Origin: a virus
Taxonomy: Duplodnaviria; Caudoviricetes
DNA length: 61,113 nt
IMG/VR virus record: IMGVR_UViG_3300038308_000004
Location: 1-61,113 of that record
Reading direction: 5' to 3' (one strand)
Shown: positions 17,524-27,797 of the stretch, one piece after another
Position numbering within the stretch: position 1 is the first letter of the stretch
Layout of the letters: every line of letters starts with the position of its first letter
Position numbers and translations under genes: made by a program
Notes under the pieces: generated by a model
What the model was told of the DNA's origin: nothing
Databases searched by the model: none
What the model saw: the letters and a program-made list of their open reading frames with translations, nothing else

Positions 17524-20061
17524 ATGGCCAATATCGTTGGCACCATGGTCTATCCCGATGGCACGGCTTTCAACGGCACGCTGACGCTGCGCCTGAATGG
17601 CCCCGCCAAGGACGGCAGCAACAACCTGGTCATGCCCGCCTACCAGAACTTCACTATCACCACGGGCGTGGTGAATATCACCATCGGCGACACCGAGACC
17701 TTAACCAGCATTGACAGCTCCGAGGTCTATTATGATGCCCTGGTGGATGATGACGGGACCCCCTATGTGATCGGGCAGCTCAAGTTCGGGACGGGGACGA
17801 CTTTTATGGCCGACGCCTGGATCAACTCCAAGGACGCCCCACATTCGGGGCTGCTCTGCTACATGCCGTTTAACAACATGGCCAACAAATATCCCAGGAG
17901 ATCGGGGAACGACATCGGTACCTTCAGCTCCGCGATGGCGTACCAAACGGGCAAGCTCTCCCAGGCCATCGCTGTTAATGGACATGACAACGGCACCTTC
18001 GGAGATCTGGCGCTGTTCCCTCCGGGATCAAGTTTTGGCGGTAATATCTATGCCAACATCAATGCCAACCAGGGCGCGGTATCCATGTGGGTCAATCCCC
18101 ACTGGAACGGCAACGGCACCGTCGAGAGCGTGCTCCTGGATACGGCGGCGCCTACCCCGATCCGCCTGCGCAAGACCACGGGGACCACTCTGACGATGAC
18201 AGTCGGAGGGCAAAGCGCCAGCGCCGCCATTGATACGTGGTCCGCAGGTACCTGGTACCATCTGGCTGCGCGCTGGGACAAAAACAATGTGGTCTCCGGG
18301 ACCAATTATTTCGAGCTCTACGTCAATAACGTGCTTTCTGGAAACTCGGCCTCGGCGCCGGTGGGGACCACATCGGGCAACATCTATGTCGGATGCTCGA
18401 ATAGCGGCAGCTCTCAGGCCAACGCAGAGATCGATGACTTAGCAATCTGGGACCGGGTGCTGACGGCGGCGGAGATTGCATATATCTACAATTCCGGAAC
18501 TGGGGTAGAAGCCGGAAATTTGGTCGACACTTCCCTTAAGGTTTATTGCAAATTCGATGGCTCCGGAAACCTCACGAGCGGAACCAATACGGCACTGGGC
18601 TGCTCCTTCCCCTGGGCAGCAAACCTCTTAACGAACGGCAATTTTGAAAGCGGGACATCTGGCTGGGTAGTTCAGCGAGGAACCTGGTTGCCGTCAATTG
18701 ATTCCGGCACACATTTGCTGTATGATGGAACTACCGCAGTTTTTAGCGGCACGGATGGATCATGGGGATATATAAACGAATCGTTTATACCTGGAAGTGG
18801 TGCAAATTACTATATGTCAGCCTGGGGTAAGCATGGAACAAGCAACAACAACCTTTCAGGCGCAATACAATTGGCCAATATTGCGTATCAGTTAACATTG
18901 GGGACAATATATAGTCTGCTTGAAGTTGCATACCAAGCCACCGCTGCAGCCCAACAAAGTGCATTCTGTTGGTCAGGAACGCAGGGGGGGACTTCTTACC
19001 GAGATAATGTATGGATGGGGACATCCCTCCTCAACAATGGAGGATTCAGCTTAACTTGGAATGGCGGGACATTGCCGGAAGGATGGACCAAGACGGGAAC
19101 GCCTACGGGAACGTCAGATACTTCCAACAAACACTCTGGAGGGACCAGTCTAAAGGTCCTGGCCGGAGATAGTAGTAACAATTACTACCAGAACTCGATT
19201 ACGATTACCAATAACAAATGGTATGCATTTGTCGGCTACATCCTGTCCGGGGCGGGGACCTGTAACATCAATCTCTCTGGGGCTGCCACTACGACATTGA
19301 CCGGCACCCAGACATCATGGACCCGCACCGCACACACCTTCAAGGCCACAGGAACAACGCTTAATGTCCGTGTCTACGCCAATAGCGGCGGCACGGCCAA
19401 TTTTGACGACTTTGCCTTAATCCAAATGAAAGACGTAGACATAACCTCTACCCCCGCGGCCCTGGGCTCCAGCTATGACACCGGAAAATGGGGAACGGCC
19501 CTGGGGGCGTTGCGAATCGATGGCGGGGATACTTTCACAATCCCAGGGACAACTACGATCGGGAGCAATATCGGCTTCGGTACAGGCGCCATCAGCATCT
19601 GGGTCTATCCCGAGGGATGGCATGGGGGGGATAGTGTCAATCATACTATCCTGGATATAGGACAATCGGGAAGCACAAACCGCGTCTATTTGCGCAAGGG
19701 CGCGGACAACAATCTGTCCTTGGGACTATATGGCAGCAATGCTAATGGGTTCAAGGGCATCGATTACGCCGTGGGGACGGCGACTTTCGGAAGCAACGCC
19801 TGGCATCATATTGAATGCGGCTGGACGGCGGGGAGTGCCGATTACCTGATGCTGGACGGGACCAGCGTGGGCACGGGCACGACTGGGGGCACATGGTCCA
19901 ATCTCACGCAGTTAGGGGCAAACATCTATCTTGGGAGCGATACCGCAGGGGCCAATGAGTTCGGCGGTTTAATCGATGAATTGCGGATTTACGATGTCAT
20001 CCCCAGCGCCGCGAATAAGACCGCGATTTACAACGACGCCCAGTATTTGGGCTATGCTTAG
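17524..20061 (+). CDS. receptor-binding/tail fibre protein with LamG-like and CBM-like domains
   Basis: LamG motifs (SMWVNP, WYHLA, IDDLAIWDRVLT; SIWVYP, WHHI, IDELRIYD) flanking NGNFE/NGGF CBM-like domains. Confidence 0.85.
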   Translation: MANIVGTMVYPDGTAFNGTLTLRLNGPAKDGSNNLVMPAYQNFTITTGVVNITIGDTETLTSIDSSEVYYDALVDDDGTPYVIGQLKFGTGTTFMADAWINSKDAPHSGLLCYMPFNNMANKYPRRSGNDIGTFSSAMAYQTGKLSQAIAVNGHDNGTFGDLALFPPGSSFGGNIYANINANQGAVSMWVNPHWNGNGTVESVLLDTAAPTPIRLRKTTGTTLTMTVGGQSASAAIDTWSAGTWYHLAARWDKNNVVSGTNYFELYVNNVLSGNSASAPVGTTSGNIYVGCSNSGSSQANAEIDDLAIWDRVLTAAEIAYIYNSGTGVEAGNLVDTSLKVYCKFDGSGNLTSGTNTALGCSFPWAANLLTNGNFESGTSGWVVQRGTWLPSIDSGTHLLYDGTTAVFSGTDGSWGYINESFIPGSGANYYMSAWGKHGTSNNNLSGAIQLANIAYQLTLGTIYSLLEVAYQATAAAQQSAFCWSGTQGGTSYRDNVWMGTSLLNNGGFSLTWNGGTLPEGWTKTGTPTGTSDTSNKHSGGTSLKVLAGDSSNNYYQNSITITNNKWYAFVGYILSGAGTCNINLSGAATTTLTGTQTSWTRTAHTFKATGTTLNVRVYANSGGTANFDDFALIQMKDVDITSTPAALGSSYDTGKWGTALGALRIDGGDTFTIPGTTTIGSNIGFGTGAISIWVYPEGWHGGDSVNHTILDIGQSGSTNRVYLRKGADNNLSLGLYGSNANGFKGIDYAVGTATFGSNAWHHIECGWTAGSADYLMLDGTSVGTGTTGGTWSNLTQLGANIYLGSDTAGANEFGGLIDELRIYDVIPSAANKTAIYNDAQYLGYA

Positions 20062-20077
20062 GGGAGGAGGTAGGGGC

Positions 20078-21484
20078 TTGAAACTCAAATCTCAATTACA
20101 GAATGAGCTGGCAGGTGAAGAATCTCGGGAGATCATGGCCTTGATGGAGGACGAGAAGGCCCGCGAGCTGGCGCAGGCGATGCCGGAGCGCATCCTCAAT
20201 GCCGAGGCCCAAAGCCGCAGCGCCTACGCAGAGAGGGAGGCGTGGGCCAGGGCCGCACGCGATGAGGCTCTAGCCACCATGGATATCCGGTATGAGGCTG
20301 CCATGGAAGCCGCAAGCCAGGGGCAGCTCGAACGGCTGTGTAATCTGGAGGAGGAATGCCGGTGTCAACGCACTGGCTATGCCGATGCCGAAGCCCAAGC
20401 CCTGCAAAATATACTCTCGGCCACACAGGACCAGGCTCATGGCCTGATCCAAGCATGGGCCGATGCACGGGCGGCCCGTCGGGTGGGATGGAAGCGGCGG
20501 GCGAGGGGTTGGCTCAAGGACGCGACTTCAGCCCGAAAAGCCGCAGACGATCGCTGTGACGCCGCCATGGCCGCGGCTTATGACGCCTACCGCCAGGCCA
20601 TGGCTGAAGCCATGATATTTGAAGCTGGACAAATCTCTGATGCGGGTCTGATCGCCGAAGCCAGGGCCACGGAAATCGCCAATGGATTGTCTTTAAACCT
20701 TCTCTACATAGCCCAGGAACTTCGGGACCGGCTCGGGGGCTGCGCGCAGTCGGGAACTGAGGGCATTGAACGCCTGCTTGCGGGGCTCGACAACTGGCGG
20801 GTATCCGCTGCGGAGGACGCCACGCCATCGGAGCTGATCCGGGCCGACGAGGAGGCCCACCGGGCGCTGATCTTGAGCTATTTCCAGGAGATGGTCTCGC
20901 TCCGGGCCGATGGGGATGAGAGGACACATCAGGCTTTTGCAGCCTATCGCCGGGAGCAGGAGGCCCACATGGAAGCATCTCGGCGGGAACTTGCGACCGT
21001 ACGCGAGGACGAGAACCGGCAACTGCAAGCGGCCCGCAGCGAGGGGCAGGCCCGAAGGGGTGCCGCCGCCGCTTCATATCTGAAAGACGTTGCCCGTGCA
21101 TGGGAGGTACGAAGCACGGAGCTCTCATCCGTCGCCGAGCAGGAATCTCAAAACCGGATGGTGGTGGAGGAGCAGATGCAGGGCGATCCCGCTCCCCATG
21201 ATGCTGTCAGCGACCTTTTGGCGCATGGAGAAGCTGCAATGACGGAGATCCGGGTCAAATATGCCAGGCTGATGGAGGAGTCGGCCGCGGCGGAAACCGC
21301 GGCCAAGCAGGCCATCGAGCACGAATACCGCCGAGCATTGAAGGAAGCTCAAGACCTCCGGCAGGAGGCCCATCAGCAGGCACTCGATATCTACCGCGCC
21401 GAGGAACGGGCAGCCTGGATCGATCACCAGACCGCCATGGAAGCAGTCAAGGCAGAAATGGAGGCCGCCATTGGCAAAGACTAA
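20078..21484 (+). CDS. long coiled-coil hypothetical protein
   Basis: TTG 20078 after GGAGGAGG; A/E/R-rich helical sequence. Confidence 0.7.
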   Translation: MKLKSQLQNELAGEESREIMALMEDEKARELAQAMPERILNAEAQSRSAYAEREAWARAARDEALATMDIRYEAAMEAASQGQLERLCNLEEECRCQRTGYADAEAQALQNILSATQDQAHGLIQAWADARAARRVGWKRRARGWLKDATSARKAADDRCDAAMAAAYDAYRQAMAEAMIFEAGQISDAGLIAEARATEIANGLSLNLLYIAQELRDRLGGCAQSGTEGIERLLAGLDNWRVSAAEDATPSELIRADEEAHRALILSYFQEMVSLRADGDERTHQAFAAYRREQEAHMEASRRELATVREDENRQLQAARSEGQARRGAAAASYLKDVARAWEVRSTELSSVAEQESQNRMVVEEQMQGDPAPHDAVSDLLAHGEAAMTEIRVKYARLMEESAAAETAAKQAIEHEYRRALKEAQDLRQEAHQQALDIYRAEERAAWIDHQTAMEAVKAEMEAAIGKD

Positions 21485-21944
21485 ATCCTCATCTCCCGAT
21501 CAACGGCTGCATGCTCTGAGCGATGAGGATCTCTTCGCGGCCTGCCTGTGGGCCGAGGCCCGGGGCGAGCCCGAGGACGGCCAAAAGGCCGTGGCCGGGG
21601 TGATCCTGAACCGCGTTTCCCGGGGGATGGGCAAGAACATTAGGGCCGTGATCTTGAAGCCCCGGCAGTTCTCCTGGACCGATCCCGGAGACACAAATTA
21701 TGGGAAGGCCCTTCAGGCACCGATCGCCGACCCCGGAGGCTGGAAGCGGGCGCGCAGGATCGCAGGTGCCGCGATGACGCCGGGATTCGAGGATCTGAGC
21801 CGGGGAGCTGACCACTATCTCAATGTGGCCCTGACCCGAAGGCTTGGGCATGGCCAGCTCCCACGCTGGGCCGAGGCTGGGATCCGGGATGGCAAGGTCA
21901 CCGCAGAGATCGGGCATCATACATTCTTGCGACTGCTGGGATAA
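21471..21944 (+). CDS. cell wall hydrolase, SleB/Hydrolase_2 family (endolysin candidate)
   Basis: AEARGE...AVAGVILNR...QFSW...GADHY...IGHHTF. Confidence 0.9.
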   Translation: MAKTKSSSPDQRLHALSDEDLFAACLWAEARGEPEDGQKAVAGVILNRVSRGMGKNIRAVILKPRQFSWTDPGDTNYGKALQAPIADPGGWKRARRIAGAAMTPGFEDLSRGADHYLNVALTRRLGHGQLPRWAEAGIRDGKVTAEIGHHTFLRLLG

Positions 21945-22069
21945 GATGAAATCCCTCTCCCTCTGGACCCGCACATGCCCCCGTTGCGGCGCGGTCCTAC
22001 GAAAACATGATCCGCTAACTGTCGTCCGCTGCGCTTGCGGGTGGATCTGGGGAGATTGACTCTTTTGCC

Positions 22070-22414
22070 TCATTTGTGCCCTATACATTTATCTTGCGCC
22101 AAGGGCCATGGCGGCAAAGTACCGTAGCCCCTCAGCTTCATGCACTTTGATTCGATGATGGCATGGTTGAAGCCCGCTTTCACAGCATTACCCGTTCCGC
22201 TCCCACTTCCCGCTGTAGCCTTCTCGGCTTCGTAGGAACATTGGGCATAGTCTCTCTCGATTTGAGAGACAGACCGCTTTGGGTGGCAATATCCGTGAGT
22301 AGCTGAACATCCAAGAAATAACAATCCTAACAACCCTGCAGATAAGATCAATATGATTAGCCATCTAACGAGAAACATCCGTTGCCATTGGTTTACTTTT
22401 GCCCCCTTTAACAT
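22070..22414 (-). CDS. putative lipoprotein
   Basis: Hydrophobic signal with FLGC lipobox; CSYEA and CMKLRGY. Confidence 0.6.
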   Translation of the reverse strand: MLKGAKVNQWQRMFLVRWLIILILSAGLLGLLFLGCSATHGYCHPKRSVSQIERDYAQCSYEAEKATAGSGSGTGNAVKAGFNHAIIESKCMKLRGYGTLPPWPLAQDKCIGHK

Positions 22415-23301
22415 GATTTTCCCCTCTTCATGGAATGAGCAACAAGATCAGCAGCAATCCGATCAATATCGACTCCTTCACTGCTATCCCCTTCTCTTTC
22501 CAGTTCCCGCTTCAGCTTTAGCAGAAACCATTTTTCTTCAATGTCCAAGAACTCACAGACGCCCTTAAATGTGAATGGGTGTCCGTTCGCGGGCGCTTGA
22601 AACCACCTTCGGGCGTCGTTTTTCTTCTCCTCGTCGTCCCCTCGCAGGTCCATGACCGCCACTGCCACGACACTGGCGAGGAGCTTTTTGATCCTGCTCG
22701 TCTCCGTTGCAGCATCTGCGTATGCAACAGCAGTCAGGAGATTTGCCCTGTAGTCCCTCCCGCCCTCGTCCTCGTTGTCGTTTCCCTTCTCCCCTATCGC
22801 CTCCCTGAGCAAGTATTTCCCGGGATACCCTGAGCCCCGGGTAATTCGCACCAGCACCCCCTCCGCCATCAGCGCCCGCAGCACCGTGGCCGTCCGCGAT
22901 CTGGAGTACCCGGTCGCGACCTGTATCTCCTGCTGGGTTACGACGCGGCCCCCATCAAGTCCCTGGAAATACGCCAGCACCCGGGCCCTACAGGTGGCAG
23001 AGATCCCCTCGAGGCCCTTATGCTGGCCCCGGGGGTATGGGGGAGGAGGGGCAAAAGCCGGGATTTCGGCGAATGTTTCCTCGTTGCGCGCGAAATAAAA
23101 CGTGCGCTCCCCATGCACCTTCCGGAGCACGATCTCGCCCCGCGCGGCCAGGGGCAGAAGATAATTCCTGGCCGTCTGCGGCGTGACAGAGATGGCTGCG
23201 GCGACGTCGGCGAAGGTCAGAGGCCGGTCAGCGGTCATGACGGTCTTGAGTATGACCCGTGACATCTCGGCGGGTCGGGGGCGGCGCGTAGGGAGCAACA
23301 T
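22408..23301 (-). CDS. tandem winged-HTH DNA-binding protein
   Basis: Two HTH-like segments (LTFADVAAAISVTPQTARNYL; VTQQEIQVATGYSRSRTATVL); ATG 23301 after GAGGAGG. Confidence 0.65.
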   Translation of the reverse strand: MLLPTRRPRPAEMSRVILKTVMTADRPLTFADVAAAISVTPQTARNYLLPLAARGEIVLRKVHGERTFYFARNEETFAEIPAFAPPPPYPRGQHKGLEGISATCRARVLAYFQGLDGGRVVTQQEIQVATGYSRSRTATVLRALMAEGVLVRITRGSGYPGKYLLREAIGEKGNDNEDEGGRDYRANLLTAVAYADAATETSRIKKLLASVVAVAVMDLRGDDEEKKNDARRWFQAPANGHPFTFKGVCEFLDIEEKWFLLKLKRELEREGDSSEGVDIDRIAADLVAHSMKRGKSC

Positions 23302-23472
23302 GGGGTCCCTCCTCAAAAAAGCTGCCACAGCAGGCCCAGGATGGCCACGATCCCCGCGCAGGCGAGGGCTGCGTGGAGGAAGCGGCGCCTGGGGGCGGGC
23401 GAGGGGAGGGGGCGGCACGCGGACCGATCAACCAGCCTCACCGACACGCTGCAGTGGGGACAGGAGTTTGGG

Positions 23473-23904
23473 CTATTGTCGGGCATGGGAGACCTCCTTT
23501 CTTCGCCAATTCGATGCGACAATCAGTTCCAGATCTCGGAACGGGTCCAGGAACCCCTGATTACTCTCCGCCGCCTGCGCGATTACGACATCGGCCCACT
23601 TCTCCGCGCCCTCTCGCATGAGGGCGGAGAGCTGGGCCCGGTGTTCTCTGCAGGCGCCGATAGCGGCGCCGGGGATGAGCTCGCCCGCGCGGTAGATCGC
23701 GACTGCCCCGCACCAGTGGCAGAGGAGGCTCTTGCTGGCCTCATGCTCATCGCGACAACTGGGGCAACGGGGCTGGACGGAGCGGAAGTGGGTTCCCAGG
23801 GCGGCCGCGGCTACGCGGAAGCTGAACTCTGCACCGCAGTCGATGCAGCGAACCTTGATCAATTGCCTGCTGGGGAGAGTGTCCATTTTCCTCAACCAAA
23901 ACAT
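23473..23904 (-). CDS. Zn-finger hypothetical protein
   Basis: CIDC, CPSC, CHWC and CREH motifs. Confidence 0.6.
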   Translation of the reverse strand: MFWLRKMDTLPSRQLIKVRCIDCGAEFSFRVAAAALGTHFRSVQPRCPSCRDEHEASKSLLCHWCGAVAIYRAGELIPGAAIGACREHRAQLSALMREGAEKWADVVIAQAAESNQGFLDPFRDLELIVASNWRRKEVSHARQ

Positions 23905-23974
23905 TAGGATTTATGGTCTATCTTATTGATATTAAAGGACTTTTATCTTGCGACCTTATCCCGTAGTTGCTCCC

Positions 23975-24373
23975 TCACTCTCCCGCGTTGGAAGGCATCA
24001 GCCCATACGCCCTTGCTGCCGCACGAACTTGCGCCATCGCCTCGCCATAGCCCCAAAGATCCCCACCACAAAGCCATTCGGGCCACGGCCCAAGCCCAAG
24101 CTGCTGTTGTTCTCCGGTACGGATATAGTCGCAGAGTTTGAGCACTAGATTGCGCAGTGTCCCGCCCTCGCTGAATCCACGCCACCTACCCCACCTACAT
24201 TGTAGGTAAATCCGCGCCGGTCGGTATGCGTCCACAAACCAGACGCGGCCGCGCATATCGACCTCGAACCGCGACACGCGCCCATTATGGGCAAAAAACT
24301 TGCGCCCGCAACTCGCAACTACCTCCAAGAACTGGTCTACTTGTGCTACGCGCTCCTGCTTCGTGGTTGACAT
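23975..24373 (-). CDS. hypothetical protein
   Basis: Plausible ORF in the early operon (GRVWFVDAY, WRGFSEGGTLR). Confidence 0.6.
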   Translation of the reverse strand: MSTTKQERVAQVDQFLEVVASCGRKFFAHNGRVSRFEVDMRGRVWFVDAYRPARIYLQCRWGRWRGFSEGGTLRNLVLKLCDYIRTGEQQQLGLGPWPEWLCGGDLWGYGEAMAQVRAAARAYGLMPSNAGE

Positions 24374-24412
24374 TATGACCCCCCCCATCTCTAAGTCGAT
24401 ATGCCCCCTTGC

Positions 24413-24832
24413 TCACCAGGAAGCGATCTGAGGTGGTTTGATTTTTGACCCATCCCTTCCTATTCGCCGAGAGGGAGAATCGGAAGCATGGCCGGTTTCT
24501 GTTGGCCTCCACAATCCCGTGGCTGCCGCCTCGATCTCCCGGGTGCTGGCCTCACCGCAGGCCCGGATCAGCGCCGCCATCTCCCGGGGTCGCTCCCGGA
24601 TGATTTGCAGGAGGTCCTGAGATACCCTCCCGACCAGGGATAGAAGCCAATCCGGATCTACTTCCAGGACCCCGGCCATCAATCTCAGCTTCTCCTCTGT
24701 TGGTAGGGACGCCAGGCCGCGCTCGACCTGCGACAGGTAGGACGCGGAGACGTGGATCATCTTGGCCATACGGCGCAGGGTGATCCCCTTTCCTTCCCGT
24801 ATGGCCCGCAGAAATCCGCCAAAAGTGGTCAT
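24413..24832 (-). CDS. XRE-family HTH regulator
   Basis: FGGFLRAIREGKGITLRRMAKMIHVSASYLSQVERG. Confidence 0.85.
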   Translation of the reverse strand: MTTFGGFLRAIREGKGITLRRMAKMIHVSASYLSQVERGLASLPTEEKLRLMAGVLEVDPDWLLSLVGRVSQDLLQIIRERPREMAALIRACGEASTREIEAAATGLWRPTETGHASDSPSRRIGRDGSKIKPPQIASW

Positions 24833-24843
24833 ATATGGTCTCC

Positions 24844-25551
24844 TCATGCCTGGCAGATCAGGCAGGGCTCTCCCTCGGGCTCGGGGAAAAGGCAGAGATG
24901 GCTCTCCTGGGCCAGGCGGATCTGCCTCAGTGTCCGGCCCTGAGCCCATGTGAATCCGTTGCTTCTTTCCATACTTAGCCGCTCCCATTCCTCGGCTAAG
25001 CCGAAGAAATCGGGGTGGTGTTTATGAAGCCCCCTCCAGTCACCCACCCGCTGGAAGGGGCAACAGAAACAGGAGCAATTTGAGCGCCAGGAATAAATGG
25101 GATTTAGGGCGGCGTATTTCTTGCAAAGGGCGCTCGCTGCCCGCTTGTCCATACCAGCTTCGACCAAAGGATAGGAGACATCATGTTTGTAATCTCCCTT
25201 CGTCCGGATGCGGTGCGCTTCATCGGCACGGATACCAATATGAACAAGCGTATTTGGGAGAGTAAAAAATGCATTCATTGGTTTTTGCTTAAGCAAACGA
25301 GTACACCATCTAGCATGCCGAGACGGAATCATGAATCCGTAGTTGGCAAGATGCTGATAGAAGCTTCCGTTGCTCAGCACGATCAATTTGTGGCCGATCT
25401 GCCTCGCAAAGCGTGGAATGAACCACAAGGTTTCAGGCAGCTCACAAGAAGTATCTGAAAACACTAATTCAAATTCTACTCCCCTTTCATGTAGGAGTAA
25501 TGCAACTGCCGTGCTATCCGCACCGCCACTAAATGAGACATATTCGCTCAT
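24844..25551 (-). CDS. PAPS reductase family (PP-loop) protein
   Basis: VSFSGGADS, RWCTRLLK, GIRADE, SCFCCPF. Confidence 0.88.
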   Translation of the reverse strand: MSEYVSFSGGADSTAVALLLHERGVEFELVFSDTSCELPETLWFIPRFARQIGHKLIVLSNGSFYQHLANYGFMIPSRHARWCTRLLKQKPMNAFFTLPNTLVHIGIRADEAHRIRTKGDYKHDVSYPLVEAGMDKRAASALCKKYAALNPIYSWRSNCSCFCCPFQRVGDWRGLHKHHPDFFGLAEEWERLSMERSNGFTWAQGRTLRQIRLAQESHLCLFPEPEGEPCLICQA

Positions 25552-25555
25552 GCTC

Positions 25556-25963
25556 TTATCCTCCATGGCACGAAGAAAACGAATTGATATACCGCGCAGC
25601 TTCCGGTAACCCGTCGAAAACCTTACCGCCGTTGGTTTGCACCATTCGCGCCACCGCGCCAAGAGATTTCCATTGCCCGTCGTCGAATCTCAGCGCCCCA
25701 TCATTCCGCAGCCGCACAAACACGGTCTTCGAGGGTCGCTTATTGCTGTCATCCACCACCTCGGCAATCGAATACACTCCAGTCATGCGAGGCGTAATCA
25801 CGTACAGGCAGAAGTCGCATTCCTGCCGTTGCCGCAATTCTTCCGCTTGACATTCTGGAGTCCAGTCATCAACAACCGGGTTGAAATGTCCAATCGTCAG
25901 CAATGGCGCAAACTCGTCGCGCCATTGAGATTCGTTGCAGGTTCCGCCGAGAAAAACTTTCAT
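25556..25963 (-). CDS. nucleoside 2-deoxyribosyltransferase-like protein
   Basis: MKVFLGGTCN...WRD...FNPVVDDW...GVYSIAE; the frame is also open upstream to 26329. Confidence 0.75.
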   Translation of the reverse strand: MKVFLGGTCNESQWRDEFAPLLTIGHFNPVVDDWTPECQAEELRQRQECDFCLYVITPRMTGVYSIAEVVDDSNKRPSKTVFVRLRNDGALRFDDGQWKSLGAVARMVQTNGGKVFDGLPEAARYINSFSSCHGG

Positions 25964-26001
25964 CTGTTTCTCTCCCTTTGTCCATGGCACGAAGAAAACG
26001 A
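25562..26001. repeat. 21-bp direct repeat flanking the NDT-like gene
   Basis: TCCATGGCACGAAGAAAACGA at 25562-25582 and 25981-26001. Confidence 0.85.
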
Positions 26002-26235
26002 TATGATCCCCCAACGTATACGTCAAAAACGCCCCCGCAGCAATTTGTGGGGACAGCAGATACCGCGCAAGCCCAAGGGAGCCATATATCTTATTACATA
26101 GACTTACCTTGGGCGCTGTCTTCACCATTTCCCAGAAATCTTTGCTTACCGACTCAAATTTGTTGACTTCATCCTGCAACTCATTTCCTCCTCCCTCATG
26201 GCTTCGCCAAAGGTGGTCATACGTGTGGTCTCCTC

Positions 26236-26799
26236 TCATCCCTTGCTTACCTTCCTTGCCATTGCAACCAACCACTGGGCAAATAACGGAGTGGTGGCCG
26301 ACTTCTGCACCCCACTCATTACCTGCCACTGGTGTTTATTCCCTCCATTGGCGGTCAAGATAAGGGGATAGTCTACTTCATGGCGCCACAGGCCCGAAAA
26401 ATAAAGCCATGTGGCCTTTTTTTGGGGATATCCAAACCAGGCCTGCCATACCTCCAGCGACCAGGATTGCTCATTCTCTGCGCGGCCGGGCTTGGGCAAC
26501 CTCGTTGTTTCCCACAATCGAGAGTGCGCCGGCTGCTCCAATACCCCACCCCAGCGCCTGACTTGCTCCACACACCACAACCCCAACTCCTTTTCTCCCG
26601 GCTCCGGGTTAGCCTGATGCGCACAAAATGCCGACCACGCGCGGCAGGGAGGGTGGGCAATTACCGGCATCCCGCCAGGAAAGGTATGGGCATCCCGCTT
26701 CTTGTCATAGACCTCGACGCCCTCCAGTGTGTGGTAGATCGATCGAGGGCGGGCGCACAAGACGGCAACGAGCTTCAATCCCATTCCATTGCAGATCAT
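26236..26799 (-). CDS. C5-cytosine methyltransferase-like small protein
   Basis: VIAHPPC and VLEQP resemble motifs IV and VI; motif I is atypical. Confidence 0.5.
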   Translation of the reverse strand: MICNGMGLKLVAVLCARPRSIYHTLEGVEVYDKKRDAHTFPGGMPVIAHPPCRAWSAFCAHQANPEPGEKELGLWCVEQVRRWGGVLEQPAHSRLWETTRLPKPGRAENEQSWSLEVWQAWFGYPQKKATWLYFSGLWRHEVDYPLILTANGGNKHQWQVMSGVQKSATTPLFAQWLVAMARKVSKG

Positions 26800-27386
26800 C
26801 TCCTTCTCCTCCCTCTCCCCCGCCTCCCATTTCTTCTCAACTCCGCCACTTCGACCAGCGCGGCCTGTGCCAGAAGCTGGCGGTCGGCGGCCACGAGGGC
26901 GATGCCGATAGCATCGAGCTCGTGGGGGGTCAGATTGGCCACGGACTCGATCTCCAGCCGCGCCTTGATCATCGCCTGAAGCTGGTGCCTGTAGGCGTCG
27001 GGGATCTCCCGGCCATCGATGTAGACCTTGTGTGCCAATCGACGACTCAGGAGCTGCTCGCGCCACTCCCTGGCCGTCAGGCGTATCAGGATGGCCTTAT
27101 GACGCAACTCGTAGAGGTTGCCCACAAGCCGGTAGCAGGCCTGGGCCTCGACGTTGAGGCCGTGCCCATGAAATTCAAACTCTTCCAGGGCGGCGATATC
27201 GGGCCGATGGCTCACCATAAAGGCATCGACCCGGTCCATGACCGCGCAGATCCGGTCGTAGTTGCTCCTGACCTCACCCACTTCGATCGTGTCGAGGGCG
27301 AGGAGGAGGGGGGTTTCGCCGCGGGCAACTTTGAGGGCGGCGACGCCGGTGAAGGTGCTGCCGGGGTCGATACCAATGATTATCAT
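26796..27386 (-). CDS. ruvC: Holliday junction resolvase, RuvC family
   Basis: IIGIDPG, ALEE and HELDAIGIAL catalytic motifs. Confidence 0.85.
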   Translation of the reverse strand: MIIIGIDPGSTFTGVAALKVARGETPLLLALDTIEVGEVRSNYDRICAVMDRVDAFMVSHRPDIAALEEFEFHGHGLNVEAQACYRLVGNLYELRHKAILIRLTAREWREQLLSRRLAHKVYIDGREIPDAYRHQLQAMIKARLEIESVANLTPHELDAIGIALVAADRQLLAQAALVEVAELRRNGRRGRGRRRR

Positions 27387-27417
27387 TTCAGGCACATCCT
27401 CCTCGCCCTCGGGGCAA

Positions 27418-27787
27418 CTACATTTCATCCACGATCTTCGTCAACTCTTCGACTGACATCCCTCGCAACTCCTCATCCTGCTTGTCTGCGATGATTCCCA
27501 AGAGCCGCTGCTTGCGGTCAGCCTTGGCCGCTGCATCTTCCCGCGCCTTTTGCTCTTGCAAGCGTACCTCAACCACATGCCTGACGATGGCAACCTTGAT
27601 CTCCATGATCTCGTCTTCCTGGCTCTTCTTCTCCAGAAGACTTTCTTCCTTCTCCGTCCTGATCTGAGCGTTCAGCCCCTTGAAGATGGTATCAAGCTCT
27701 CGCAGGGGGAGATCCCAAAGATCTTCTGCCGAGCATAGCCCTTTGTGCTCAAATCTCAGCTTGAGTCTTGCCGCCTTCTCGAACATC
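27418..27787 (-). CDS. conserved phage hypothetical protein
   Basis: MFEKAARLKLRF...EDLWDL; AAAGGAG RBS; adjacent to the upstream 678-aa gene. Confidence 0.7.
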
Positions 27788-27797
27788 GCCTCTCCTT

